A DNA stretch of 64,000 nucleotides from Enterobacteria phage vB_EcoM_IME340. A model generated the notes under the pieces. It had not been told where the DNA came from. It saw only the letters and a program-made list of their open reading frames with translations, and did not search any database. The stretch lies in the sequence record MH051916, one strand, 5' to 3'. Below are positions 29,866 to 40,853 of this stretch, piece by piece. Position 1 is the first letter of the stretch. Each line of letters begins with the position of its first letter. Position numbers and translations under genes: made by a program.

Positions 29866-29873
29866 TATTTATA
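29866..29873 (-). promoter_or_regulatory. T4 late promoter TATAAATA (gene 53), divergent from P4
   Basis: tatttata on plus strand = TATAAATA on minus, upstream of gp53 start. Confidence 0.55.
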
Positions 29874-29884
29874 AGGAGAATCCA

Positions 29885-30337
29885 ATGGCATATTCTGGAA
29901 AATGGGTTCCTAAAAATATATCAAAGTATAGAGGTGACCCTAAAAAAATTACGTATAGATCAAATTGGGAAAAATTCTTTTTTGAATGGTTAGATAAAAA
30001 TCCAGAAATTATTGCATGGGGTAGTGAAACAGCAGTAATTCCTTATTTTTGTAATGCAGAAGGGAAAAAACGTAGATACTTCATGGATATTTGGATGAAA
30101 GATTCTTCTGGACAAGAATTTTTTATTGAAATAAAACCTAAAAAAGAAACACAACCACCAGTTAAACCCGCACATCTAACAACCGCAGCGAAGAAAAGAT
30201 TTATGAATGAAATTTATACATATTCTGTTAATACTGACAAATGGAAAGCAGCGCAATCTTTAGCTGAAAAGCGTGGAATAAAATTTAGAATTTTAACAGA
30301 AGATGGATTACGAGCTCTTGGCTTTAAGGGGGCATAA
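29885..30337 (+). CDS. 4: Head completion protein gp4
   Basis: 150 aa, same length as T4 gp4; first gene of plus-strand block. Confidence 0.88.
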
Positions 30338-31161
30338 TGGCTATTTTTCAAATAATTAATGAAAGCACTCCCCAAGTTCCAAAGGTTAAGCAATCATTAA
30401 ACGAAAAGAAATGGATTCAGATAGGTCTTGAATATAAAAAGGCCAAAGCAAAAGGAATGACAGGAAAGCAATTTGCTGAAGAAAGAGGAATCAAATACTC
30501 TACATTTACTTCAGCAATGTCAAAATATGCTTCAGGAATTAAAACGGCTGAAAAGATTCAAAAGCTTGAATCAAAACCAATGAATAAACTCAATAAGCAA
30601 GAAAGACAACTGCTTATGATAAATTCATTCAGACAAACATTGCGTGATAAAATTCGTAATGAAGGCGCAGCAATTAATAATAAAACCAGAAAGTGGTTTG
30701 CTGAAACTATTAAGCAAGTAAAAGGACATAAAGTTGTTCGCCCGCAGCCGGGGCGAATATATGCTTTTGCTTATGATGCTAAACACAAGGAAACTCTTCC
30801 TTATTGGGATAAATTTCCTTTGATAATTTACCTTGGTTTAGGTAAACATAATTTAATGTACGGATTGAACTTGCACTATATTCCACCTAAAGCTCGTCAA
30901 CAGTTTCTAGAAGAGCTTTTAAAGCAATATGCAAATACACCTACTATTACTAATAAAACGAAATTAAAAATTGATTGGAGTCAAGTGAAAGGATTTAGAG
31001 GTGCAGACCAAATGATTAAGGCATATATACCTGGTAATATTATGGGTAGCCTTGTTGAAATCGCCCCGAAAGACTGGGCGAACGTTGTGTTAATGCCACT
31101 TCAGCAGTTCGTTTCAAAAGGAAAACGTTTCTCTGCAAACAAAGTCTGGTCAAATATCTAA
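30337..31161 (+). CDS. 2: DNA end protector protein gp2
   Basis: 274 aa, same length as T4 gp2; follows gene 4. Confidence 0.88.
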
Positions 31162-31267
31162 TTCTATTATCTTCCATTCTTTTCTATTGTTTGTTCTAAT
31201 TGGAATTGAATGGAAGGGACTTAGACCCATTATACCACCAACATTTATAAAGCATTATGAGGAATAT

Positions 31268-31798
31268 ATGTCGCAAGCACTACAACAAATTTTTAACCAA
31301 GCAAATACAACTAACTTTGTAGTATCAATACCGCATAGTAATACTACATCTGCTTTTACTTTAAATGCTCAGTCAGTTCCTATTCCAGGAATTAGAATAC
31401 CTGTTACTGATACCGTGACTGGGCCGTTTGGACTAGGCAGAGCGCAACGTCCAGGAGTTACATTTGAGTACGATCCACTCATCGTGAGATTTATAGTTGA
31501 TGAAGAGCTTAAGTCGTGGATAGGAATGTATGAATGGATGCTAGGAACTAGTAACTATCTTACAGGCGAAAATACTGCCCAAAAAACAGGTCCTGAATAC
31601 ATTACGCTTTACATTTTAGATAATAGTAAAACTGAAATCGTGATGTCAATAAATTTTTATAAGCCTTGGGTTTCTGACCTGTCTGAAGTAGAATTTAGCT
31701 ACACGGAAGATTCAGACCCAGCTTTAGTATGTACAGCAACGATTCCTTATACGTATTTTCAAGTAGAAAAAGATGGCAAAATTATAGCAGAAGTTTAA
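31268..31798 (+). CDS. 3: Tail tube terminator/tail completion protein gp3
   Basis: ORF track 203 aa from upstream alternative start; ATG at MSQALQQIFNQ gives 176 aa as in T4 gp3. Confidence 0.85.
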   Translation: MSQALQQIFNQANTTNFVVSIPHSNTTSAFTLNAQSVPIPGIRIPVTDTVTGPFGLGRAQRPGVTFEYDPLIVRFIVDEELKSWIGMYEWMLGTSNYLTGENTAQKTGPEYITLYILDNSKTEIVMSINFYKPWVSDLSEVEFSYTEDSDPALVCTATIPYTYFQVEKDGKIIAEV

Positions 31799-31847
31799 TG
31801 CTTCAGTTTCATGTGTTATAATCTTAACTAAATTTGAGGAGAAACAT

Positions 31848-32572
31848 ATGAAACTAATCTTTTTAAGTGGTGTAAAGCGTAGTGGAAAAGATACTACTGC
31901 AGATTTTATCATGAATAATTATTCTGCAGTTAAATATCAACTTGCTGGTCCTATTAAAGATGCATTGGCTTATGCATGGGGTGTATTTGCAGCAAACACT
32001 GACTATCCTTGCTTAACTCGTAGAGAGTTTGAAGGAATTGACTATGATCGTGAGACTAATTTAAATCTGACTAAATTAGAAGTAATTACGATTATGGAAC
32101 AAGCATTTTGCTATCTTAATAGTAAAAGCCCAATTAAAGGCGTGTTTGTTTTTGATGACGAAGGACAAGAATCAGTTAATTCCGTAGCATTTAACAAGAT
32201 TATTGACGTTATAAATAATATTGAAGATCAATGGTCAGTCCGTCGTCTGATGCAAGCCCTAGGTACGGATTTGATTGTTAATAACTTCGACCGCATGTAT
32301 TGGGTAAAATTATTTGCTTTAGATTATCTTGATAAATTTAACTCAGGTTATGATTATTATATCGTTCCTGATACTCGTCAAGATCATGAAATGGATGCGG
32401 CTAGGGCGATGGGTGCTACAGTAATTCATGTAGTTCGTCCTGGTCAAAAATCCAATGATACTCATATTACAGAAGCTGGATTGCCAATTCGTGATGGCGA
32501 TTTAGTAATTACAAACGATGGTTCTCTTGAAGAACTTTTTTCTAAAATTAAAAATACACTAAAGGTACTATA

Positions 32573-32573
<1 letters not shown>
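31848..32573 (+). CDS. 1: Deoxynucleoside monophosphate kinase gp1
   Basis: 241 aa; MKLIFLSGVKRSGKDTTADF P-loop N-terminus matching recalled T4 gp1. Confidence 0.93.
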
Positions 32574-33270
<697 letters not shown>

Positions 33271-33283
33271 TTTCACAAAGTTA

Positions 33284-33312
33284 TTTACACGGGGTTTTAG
33301 TTGTGATACTAT
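33284..33312 (+). promoter_or_regulatory. T4 early promoter (-35 tttaca, 17 bp spacer, -10 tactat)
   Basis: Conserved early-promoter cassette followed by tatcaaaac leader and ggagaataaaATG. Confidence 0.6.
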
Positions 33313-33348
33313 TACCCTATCAAAACAAATGAGTGATTGGAGAATAAA

Positions 33349-33621
33349 ATGAAAACATTTAAAGAATTTATCAATGAAGCTACTTTTAACGAAAAAGTAA
33401 AAATTAGCAAAGCTGTCAAGACTTTGATTGCTGACATCAATTACCTATATGATATTGATTTAACTGACTATGTAACAGTTGGTAACAAACGTAACTTTTT
33501 CGTGTTTGACATCTCTGAACTTGACCAGAATCAAATTAACAACATTGAGCGTTTTGCTAATGATAAGGGTCTTCGTCATGAGTCAGCGGGTTATAAAAAA
33601 TACGCAATTTATTTAAAATGA
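33349..33621 (+). CDS. ipI: Internal protein (ipI position) with capsid-targeting sequence
   Basis: 90 aa from ATG with GGAG SD (track begins at upstream TTG); N-terminus MKTFKEFINEA is a capsid-targeting sequence (T4 internal proteins begin MKTYQEFIAEA by recollection); first gene after 57B as T4 ipI. Confidence 0.75.
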   Translation: MKTFKEFINEATFNEKVKISKAVKTLIADINYLYDIDLTDYVTVGNKRNFFVFDISELDQNQINNIERFANDKGLRHESAGYKKYAIYLK

Positions 33622-33651
33622 GTTTACTTTTAAATAGGGTTGTGGTACTAT
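33622..33651 (+). promoter_or_regulatory. T4 early promoter (-35 gtttac, -10 tactat)
   Basis: gtttac, 18 bp spacer, tggtactat. Confidence 0.6.
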
Positions 33652-33681
33652 TATCTCATCAAAATTAATTAGGAAAATAAA

Positions 33682-33990
33682 ATGAAAACATTTAAAGAAT
33701 TTATCAATGAAGCGGCTGCACCAAAGACATTCGTTATTAATACTCAAGCGAGTCTTGATGATGAGTACGCGGAGGCAATTCTGAGGTCACTTGCTAAGAA
33801 CGGCGTTGAAGTAATCGCCTCGGACTTTAAGAAAGGGGCTTCCGAGATGTTTATTTCTATAACTAAAGGATCTAAAGCTAAAATCAAATCATCATTCGGT
33901 GTTGCTCGTACCGATCAAATCGACAATCATGACTTTAAACAAACTGGTGTTAAACGGCAGAACATAATTGCATCACGCGGAATAAAATAG
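33682..33990 (+). CDS. Internal-protein-like protein with capsid-targeting sequence
   Basis: 102 aa, N-terminus MKTFKEFINEAAA (capsid-targeting sequence). Confidence 0.72.
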   Translation: MKTFKEFINEAAAPKTFVINTQASLDDEYAEAILRSLAKNGVEVIASDFKKGASEMFISITKGSKAKIKSSFGVARTDQIDNHDFKQTGVKRQNIIASRGIK

Positions 33991-34000
33991 TTTATAAACC

Positions 34001-34030
34001 GTTTACTTTTAGATGGGGTAGTGATATTAT
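34001..34030 (+). promoter_or_regulatory. T4 early promoter (-35 gtttac, -10 tattat)
   Basis: gtttac, 18 bp spacer, gtgatattat, then ggagaataaaATG. Confidence 0.55.
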
Positions 34031-34058
34031 TACCCTATCAACTACTGAGGAGAATAAA

Positions 34059-34241
34059 ATGAAACGTTGTGAATTAATTCGAAATGTTGCTATTGCAATT
34101 TCTGCTTCCGCTTTTAGTTTTTCAATGTTTGTTGGATTTATATGCGGATTATTAACTACAGCAGAAAATGTGTTTTCACTTGTAGTAGCATTTTTAATTG
34201 GTTTAATTGCTATCGTTATGGATAAAATTTCTAAAGGTTAA
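34059..34241 (+). CDS. Small membrane protein
   Basis: 60 aa, two hydrophobic helices; GGAG SD; downstream of early promoter. Confidence 0.55.
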   Translation: MKRCELIRNVAIAISASAFSFSMFVGFICGLLTTAENVFSLVVAFLIGLIAIVMDKISKG

Positions 34242-34243
34242 TA

Positions 34244-34531
34244 ATGATTCTTTATGCTAAAGTATCATCCATTGAAAATGGATATAAATATGATCAAGAA
34301 GCAACTAAAGCCTTGATTGATGATTATGGCATTTTAACGTGTTTTGAAGTTGAAAAGGTTTACATTGACCGTTCATCTTCTCAGGTTAAATTAGTTAAGG
34401 AAGACCGTAAATTTAATACAGTAAATTTTGATTTCTTTATTGAAACAGAAAAAGGTCCTCTTGAATATGATATTTTCAAGAATCCTTTGGGTCTTGAATG
34501 CATCGTAAACATGTATTATCATAAATGGTAA
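34244..34531 (+). CDS. Hypothetical protein
   Basis: 95 aa ORF tightly coupled to the preceding ORF. Confidence 0.5.
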   Translation: MILYAKVSSIENGYKYDQEATKALIDDYGILTCFEVEKVYIDRSSSQVKLVKEDRKFNTVNFDFFIETEKGPLEYDIFKNPLGLECIVNMYYHKW

Positions 34532-34628
34532 ATATGCTTTAAGAATTATTTGTTATTATTAACTCATATCGCACTGATTAATACCCTCTATCATCAAGGG
34601 TTCTTGCTTGAGAGCCTTTGTTAATAAT

Positions 34629-34701
34629 TGGGAATTAGCCAAGTTGGTAAGGCACTGGATTTTGATTCCAGGATGCAAAGGTTCGAGTCCTTTATTCCCA
34701 G
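34629..34701 (+). tRNA. tRNA-Gln (anticodon UUG)
   Basis: Cloverleaf folded by hand: acceptor tgggaat/attccca, anticodon loop ttTTGat, T-arm aaagg-ttcgagt-ccttt. Confidence 0.85.
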
Positions 34702-34702
34702 C

Positions 34703-34789
34703 GCGAGAATGGTCAAATTGGTAAAGGCACAGCACTTAAAATGCTGCGGAATGATTTCCTTGTGGGTTCGAGTCCCACTTCTCGCACCA
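34703..34789 (+). tRNA. tRNA-Leu (anticodon UAA), class II, encoded CCA
   Basis: Acceptor gcgagaa/ttctcgc, anticodon loop ctTAAaa, long variable arm, T-loop gttcgag, ends ACCA. Confidence 0.85.
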
Positions 34790-34794
34790 AATTT

Positions 34795-34868
<74 letters not shown>

Positions 34869-34878
34869 ATTTAATTTA

Positions 34879-34952
34879 CTCCGTGTAGCTCAGTTTGGTA
34901 GAGCGTCTGCTTTGGGAGCAGAATGTCGCAGGTTCAAATCCTGCCGCGGAGA
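34879..34952 (+). tRNA. tRNA-Pro (anticodon UGG)
   Basis: Acceptor ctccgtg/cgcggag, D-arm gctc-agtttggtag-agc, anticodon loop ttTGGga, T-arm gcagg-ttcaaat-cctgc. Confidence 0.85.
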
Positions 34953-34954
34953 CT

Positions 34955-35044
34955 GGAGGCGTGGCAGAGTGGTTTAATGCACCGGTCTTGAAAACCGGCA
35001 GTCGCTCCGGCGACTCATAGGTTCAAATCCTATCGCCTCCGCCA
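34955..35044 (+). tRNA. tRNA-Ser (anticodon UGA), class II
   Basis: Acceptor ggaggcg/cgcctcc, anticodon loop ctTGAaa, long variable arm, T-loop ttcaaat, encoded CCA. Confidence 0.85.
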
Positions 35045-35049
35045 GTTTT

Positions 35050-35125
35050 GCTGATTTAGCTCAGTAGGTAGAGCACCTCACTTGTAATGAGGACGTCGGC
35101 GGTTCGATTCCGTCAATCAGCACCA
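35050..35125 (+). tRNA. tRNA-Thr (anticodon UGU)
   Basis: Acceptor gctgatt/aatcagc, anticodon loop ctTGTaa, T-loop ttcgatt, encoded CCA. Confidence 0.85.
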
Positions 35126-35126
35126 A

Positions 35127-35201
35127 GGCCCTGTAGCTGGAAGGTTCAAGCAAGCGACTCATAATCGCCAGATGGTGGTTCAATTCCACCCAGGGCCACC
35201 A
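35127..35201 (+). tRNA. tRNA-Ile (anticodon CAU, presumably lysidine-modified to read AUA)
   Basis: Acceptor ggccctg/cagggcc, anticodon loop ctCATaa, T-arm ggtgg-ttcaatt-ccacc, encoded CCA; T4 tRNA-Ile is known to carry a CAU-derived anticodon. Confidence 0.75.
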
Positions 35202-35210
35202 AATTAATTT

Positions 35211-35297
35211 GGGGAGTTATCCCGTAGAGGTAGCGGTGTGGACTGTAAATTCATTGTCATTGCGACTCGGGTGGTTCGACTCCATCACTCCCCACCA
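35211..35297 (+). tRNA. Class II tRNA-like gene, probable tRNA-Tyr (anticodon GUA)
   Basis: Acceptor ggggagt/actcccc, anticodon arm gtgga-ctGTAaa-ttcat (two G-U pairs), long variable arm, T-arm ggtgg-ttcgact-ccatc, encoded CCA; D-stem has a mismatch. Confidence 0.55.
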
Positions 35298-35301
35298 ATT
35301 T

Positions 35302-35376
35302 GGATGTGTAGCTCAATGGCAGAGCGATCGCCTGTTAAGCGATTGGTTATAGGTTCGAATCCTATCACGTCCGCCA
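35302..35376 (+). tRNA. tRNA-Asn (anticodon GUU)
   Basis: Acceptor ggatgtg/cacgtcc, D-arm gctc-aatggca-gagc, anticodon arm atcgc-ctGTTaa-gcgat, T-arm atagg-ttcgaat-cctat, encoded CCA. Confidence 0.8.
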
Positions 35377-35380
35377 AATC

Positions 35381-35456
35381 CGAGGCATAGCTCAGAAGGA
35401 AGAGCAAGGACCTTCTAAGTCCTAGGTCGTAGGTTCGATCCCTACTGCCTCGACCA
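35381..35456 (+). tRNA. tRNA-Arg (anticodon UCU)
   Basis: Acceptor cgaggca/tgcctcg, D-arm gctc-agaagga-agagc, anticodon loop ctTCTaa, T-arm gtagg-ttcgatc-cctac, encoded CCA. Confidence 0.8.
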
Positions 35457-35472
35457 ATTAAGTGAGGAAAAT

Positions 35473-35823
35473 ATGAAAGGTAATGTTTATTTAGTAGTTC
35501 ATGATTTAACATTCTATTTTAATCACAATGACACTGTTATTTCTGAACGTGTAATTAATTTACTTTATCAGCATGCAGATTATGTTTATGTCGAAAACGA
35601 ATACGGTCATTGGCAATTTCTCAAAAATCGTTCATTTGGTTTAGATGGTTACGAATACTTTGAACGTAAAGACCTTTTAGATAAAATTCCATTATCTACA
35701 CAATATCAAAATCACAAGTCTTTACATAAATGTCGGCTAATTCGAAATGCTGAATCTGCTTATGAAGCAATTGATTTATGGCGTAAACGCCGTGAACAGA
35801 TTGATGCTTTAAAAGAATACTAA
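35473..35823 (+). CDS. Hypothetical protein
   Basis: 116 aa ORF starting 17 nt after tRNA-Arg with SD gaggaaaat. Confidence 0.55.
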   Translation: MKGNVYLVVHDLTFYFNHNDTVISERVINLLYQHADYVYVENEYGHWQFLKNRSFGLDGYEYFERKDLLDKIPLSTQYQNHKSLHKCRLIRNAESAYEAIDLWRKRREQIDALKEY

Positions 35824-35920
35824 GAAACCGGGTCGCTACCGGTAAGTCGTCGGACTGATGTTCCCTGGAGTATAGTTTCTCCCACAGTTTTACTGTGTTC
35901 TGATTCTTTACTATCACAGC

Positions 35921-36078
35921 AGAAACGGCGCACAGAATTATCGATTCGAGGAAATATCTTTGCCGTAAGCCGAGTAGCGTTTTTGACGGAACGTTCGGAT
36001 ATGGTCGAGATATGGCCTTTTAAAAATATTAAGTAGCGTCAACTGCTTAATAACCGGGTTCGAATCCCGGCGTTTCGT
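35921..36078 (+). ncRNA. Candidate stable small RNA (T4 species 1/2-like) with tRNA-like T-arm
   Basis: Non-coding stretch after the tRNA cluster; 5' gaaacggcg can pair with 3' cggcgtttc; internal ccggg-ttcgaat-cccgg T-arm-like hairpin; followed by terminator. Confidence 0.3.
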
Positions 36079-36130
36079 ACAAACACTTGCCTTAGCAGGT
36101 GGAACCCCGACAAGGTTGCCGCAAGGCTTA

Positions 36131-36158
36131 GCCCCGACCGAAAGGTTGGGGCTTTTTA
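36131..36158 (+). terminator. Rho-independent terminator
   Basis: gccccgacc-gaaa-ggttggggc hairpin followed by ttttt. Confidence 0.65.
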
Positions 36159-36247
36159 GTTTGAATCACATAGAGAATGCTGTTACGGATAATAACAAAG
36201 TAATAAATAATTAATAACCAACCGATAAATTATTTCAAGGATTTTAA

Positions 36248-36811
36248 ATGAAAACCTATGCCGAGTTTTTAACCGAAGCAGCAAAATTACCATCTGAAGC
36301 AGATCTTACTAAAGTATTCTTCCACTTGGACCCAAAAGACCGCGGCGATTTTCTTAAGTGGAAAGCTAAAGCTATTGAAATGTATAACATTGATAATAGT
36401 TCTTTTACGATGAGTCAAGAAAATAAATTCAATAAAGCATTTTTCAAAATTTCTAAGAAACTGGCATCTGGCGCTCAGGTTCCTAAATCTGCCTTAGCTA
36501 CTCCTGAACGTGCACCTGTCAAAATTTCTAAGAATATGTTCGACACTAAAAAATACGTTAATGCTTTGAATAAAGCTCTTGATGCATTGGATGATGCAAA
36601 GAAGGCAGCCCGTGATCTTCAAGATGTGTACACCGATTTTGATCGTAAAACTAAAGGTTCTATTTCAAATAGCGAACGCAATAGTGTAAGTGTTTATTCT
36701 GATAGTCTTGATGTTCTTGGCGATGCGTATACTGAAATTAAAAATCGTATTAACACCGCATCTAAGCTAAAAGCTGCCGCAGAAGCTATAATAACTAAAC
36801 TAGATAAATAA
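36248..36811 (+). CDS. Internal-protein-like protein with capsid-targeting sequence
   Basis: 187 aa; N-terminus MKTYAEFLTEAAK (capsid-targeting sequence); lysine-rich helical body. Confidence 0.7.
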   Translation: MKTYAEFLTEAAKLPSEADLTKVFFHLDPKDRGDFLKWKAKAIEMYNIDNSSFTMSQENKFNKAFFKISKKLASGAQVPKSALATPERAPVKISKNMFDTKKYVNALNKALDALDDAKKAARDLQDVYTDFDRKTKGSISNSERNSVSVYSDSLDVLGDAYTEIKNRINTASKLKAAAEAIITKLDK

Positions 36812-36819
36812 TTTTAAAT

Positions 36820-36846
36820 CCCTATCTAAATGATAGGGCTTTTTGG
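36820..36846 (+). terminator. Rho-independent terminator
   Basis: ccctatc-taaat-gataggg hairpin followed by ctttttgg. Confidence 0.6.
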
Positions 36847-36977
36847 TATCTAGGCCTTTCCGGGCCTCTCTAGGCATCATTTAGTTTATATCCTTTATAA
36901 TATATTATCCTACCTTTTAATTGCCCCTCCCCGCCCTAGAATTCCCCAAAACTTTTTAAAAATTTTTTCACAAAACT

Positions 36978-37007
36978 GTTTACATCCCTGTTCTTCCATG
37001 GTACTAT
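36978..37007 (+). promoter_or_regulatory. T4 early promoter with A/T-rich UP element
   Basis: aaactttttaaaaattttttcacaaaactGTTTACa, 18 bp spacer, ggTACTATacaactatcaact. Confidence 0.65.
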
Positions 37008-37051
37008 ACAACTATCAACTACTGATACAGAAAAACAACTTGGAGAATAAA

Positions 37052-37315
37052 ATGGATAATTACGGCGAACTGTTCAACTTCTTTATGAAATGTGTTTCAG
37101 AAGATTTTGGTCGTACAGTGAATGATATTAAAGTTATCGGTCCTGATCATCCGATGTTTGAAACTTACGCAGTAATGGGTAATGAAGATGGTCAGTGGTA
37201 TACTGTAAAGGTTGTGATTAACATGTTCACTGCTGAAGGTTATGTTAAACTGTCTTCTAAAGTTTACCATGATAACGATGAAATCGCAGAAGAATATTTC
37301 AATAATATGAAATAA
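37052..37315 (+). CDS. Hypothetical protein
   Basis: 87 aa from ATG (MDNYGELF) with ggagaataaaATG; the track ORF began upstream across the promoter. Confidence 0.55.
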   Translation: MDNYGELFNFFMKCVSEDFGRTVNDIKVIGPDHPMFETYAVMGNEDGQWYTVKVVINMFTAEGYVKLSSKVYHDNDEIAEEYFNNMK

Positions 37316-37383
37316 TTGTGTACAAACACCAAGGACGGTGTTATTATAGACTTATCAAAACAAATACAGAAACGGAGAAATAA

Positions 37384-37560
37384 ATGACTACTTTAATTAT
37401 TTGGTTTGACGAAAATGAAGAAACATACTGCGTGAACATTGGCGAAAGCCCAATGCCAGAATTTGAATCTTCGGATAAAAACTCGGTTGTATCTTGGGCT
37501 GAAGGTTATAAAGCAGCAAAAGGCGATGTTGAAATAGTTTACAAACTATCCGGAGTATAA
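37384..37560 (+). CDS. Small hypothetical protein
   Basis: 58 aa ORF (MTTLIIWFDENEETYC...) with GGAG SD, below the track's size threshold. Confidence 0.4.
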   Translation: MTTLIIWFDENEETYCVNIGESPMPEFESSDKNSVVSWAEGYKAAKGDVEIVYKLSGV

Positions 37561-37603
37561 TACTTTCATGGATTTTAAATCTTAATTAACCTAAGGAAAT
37601 ACT

Positions 37604-38197
37604 ATGAACACACTGAAGAAAATTGTTGAGTTTATTCGCACTAAACTTGGTTCTGCTATGGCTAAAAATCTATCTGTTGAAGAACAGTATACTGCCGCAG
37701 CAGCAAAACTGCTTGATAAAATTAAAGACCTAAAAACTGCTTCTGTTAAATCTATTAATGAAGAAAAACGTATTCGTGAACTTATTGTTGAAAAGAATAA
37801 ACAGGCTGAATCAAAAGAGCGTGAAATTCGCAAGCTTCTTTCCGAAGGTCAAGATGTAACAATGCATGCTAAACTCGGTTTGCTATATCGTCGAACAGCT
37901 GAACAGCTGACTACTAAAGCTGATGGTTATGCTGAAATGCGAATTGAAATCGCTAAGAAAGTAGTTGAGTTAGATGATGCTCGCCAAGAACTTGCAGTTA
38001 AATTGGAATATATCCGTGAAACTCGTGCAGCAAATGCCCTTGGAATTAGTACTGCTGATGATGTAGTTGAAATTGCAGCACTGACTAAGGTTGATATTGA
38101 AGATACTCTTGCTCGAGTTGAAACCTTTAATGGTAATATTTCTGGGGTTGAAACTACCTCTGCCGATGTTCAGGAATATATTAATTCTCTGAAATAA
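37604..38197 (+). CDS. Coiled-coil protein (possibly PspA/IM30-like)
   Basis: 197 aa, almost entirely heptad-rich helix; weak resemblance to PspA organisation. Confidence 0.6.
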
Positions 38198-38202
38198 TGA
38201 TA

Positions 38203-38218
38203 AGGGGCTTCGGCCCCT
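38203..38218 (+). terminator. Hairpin (possible terminator or RNA stabilizer)
   Basis: aggggc-ttcg-gcccct tetraloop hairpin right after stop. Confidence 0.45.
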
Positions 38219-38238
38219 ATTACTTGGAGTAAATAGGA

Positions 38239-38847
38239 ATGAAAATGCAAAGTGATTTCAATTCAATGTTTGAAGAGTTCCAAAGACAGATTGATGTTCC
38301 AGACCAATTACTACATGCTCTTAAACGCATGGCAGAAGGACGTAATTATTATTGGGGTTCTTCATATGAAACTGATGAAAGTCTTTCTGGAAGATTTTCT
38401 AGAGGTAAAAAGTCTTTAATACGTCCTGGAATACTTATTAACAGTATTGAATCAATTCATTCATTGACATGTGATTTTGATGTTGAATTTACTGATTTTG
38501 TTTCTCCTGAATGGACGGTCTGTTATTTAAACGACGATTTTGATTATCTTGGTGTTTATAGTTTAAGTGACGCATGGTTTAAACGTAATTTACAAAAGTC
38601 AAATTTATTCTATATTGATACTACAGTAAAATTTCAGGGAAAGAAATATTTCTTTACTCTTATAGTTGATTCTGAAACGAAGCATGAAAATAAACGTATT
38701 CTTAGTAAAAGAAATATCTTGAATATTGTTGATGATCTTTTTGATAAATTAGTGGAAAATCCTAATTTTGAAAGTGATTTATTACTAGAAAAATTTGTGA
38801 AGGAATGCAGAGAATATGTCAAAGCCATCAATGTATCTTCCAAGTAA
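38239..38847 (+). CDS. Hypothetical protein
   Basis: 202 aa ORF with SD gagtaaatagg. Confidence 0.6.
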   Translation: MKMQSDFNSMFEEFQRQIDVPDQLLHALKRMAEGRNYYWGSSYETDESLSGRFSRGKKSLIRPGILINSIESIHSLTCDFDVEFTDFVSPEWTVCYLNDDFDYLGVYSLSDAWFKRNLQKSNLFYIDTTVKFQGKKYFFTLIVDSETKHENKRILSKRNILNIVDDLFDKLVENPNFESDLLLEKFVKECREYVKAINVSSK

Positions 38848-39208
38848 ACCGTTGAAGTATGAATTAAAGCGCCAGCTAATTTCTACTGATGTATTAATAG
38901 GTCCTGTTATACTTATATCATTTGTAATTCTATTGATTATTGGAGGTGTTTTAGATGTTATGACTGATATTGATTCTGGCGAAATACTTGTGTTAATGCT
39001 AATTCTTCCATTGGTAGTTCCACTTTTATTAGTACCCGTAAATTGGGTAGGATACTGGTATCAAGGAAGACATTATCGTAAACGCGTACGTGATTGGAAA
39101 GCACAGTGTAAAAAGATTAAAAAGGAACATCAGCTTAAACTTGCTGCGTATGAATTTGATGAAATTATGAAATTTGTTAAGGAATCACGATGCAAAAGCC
39201 AAAACTAA
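38816..39208 (+). CDS. Membrane protein
   Basis: 130 aa; two hydrophobic segments then basic cytoplasmic tail; overlaps neighbours. Confidence 0.55.
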   Translation: MSKPSMYLPSKPLKYELKRQLISTDVLIGPVILISFVILLIIGGVLDVMTDIDSGEILVLMLILPLVVPLLLVPVNWVGYWYQGRHYRKRVRDWKAQCKKIKKEHQLKLAAYEFDEIMKFVKESRCKSQN

Positions 39209-39533
39209 ATAAAGTCAAATATTCGTTTCCTGAGTCATTTTTAATTTTTGCTGTGGCGTTGGCTGCAGCTCTTGCGGGTAGTCTTTTTGGATTGTTAATT
39301 GACTGTCTTATTTTAAACATCGACGGCACAGTAAATATAACAGAAGTTTGGAGTGAACTTCGCTATACTAAAATTATTTCATTATTTTCATTCTTTGGTA
39401 CCATGTTATATTTTCATTATGATAATTTTAAAATAAATTGGCAAAGAAAAAAAGATTACAAAATACAATTAAAAGAATATAATAGCTACATGTCTTATAT
39501 TGAAAATGAATCAATGAAAGAGTTTGTGAGTGA

Positions 39534-39552
<19 letters not shown>
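39190..39552 (+). CDS. Membrane protein
   Basis: 120 aa; two predicted transmembrane helices. Confidence 0.55.
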
Positions 39553-40795
<1,243 letters not shown>

Positions 40796-40796
40796 T

Positions 40797-40826
40797 GTTT
40801 ACTTCCTCCAAGGACTTTGATACTAT
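40797..40826 (+). promoter_or_regulatory. T4 early promoter (gtttac / tactat)
   Basis: gtttac, 18 bp spacer, tgatactatacattcatcaacta. Confidence 0.6.
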
Positions 40827-40853
40827 ACATTCATCAACTACTTGGAGGAAATT

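Noticed and set aside
33337-33348. Upstream extensions of ORFs (MENKM..., MDKDCIM..., MEEIM..., MFLLSTEEINM..., MVLYNYQ...) given by the ORF track
   Set aside because: These begin at TTG or other alternative codons or run across promoter -10 elements; an in-frame ATG with a Shine-Dalgarno 6-9 nt upstream gives lengths matching T4 proteins, so the shorter ATG starts were used
35696-35917. 73 aa minus-strand ORF downstream of the tRNA cluster
   Set aside because: Overlaps the 3' end of a plus-strand ORF and the structured RNA region; the whole block is otherwise plus-strand transcribed
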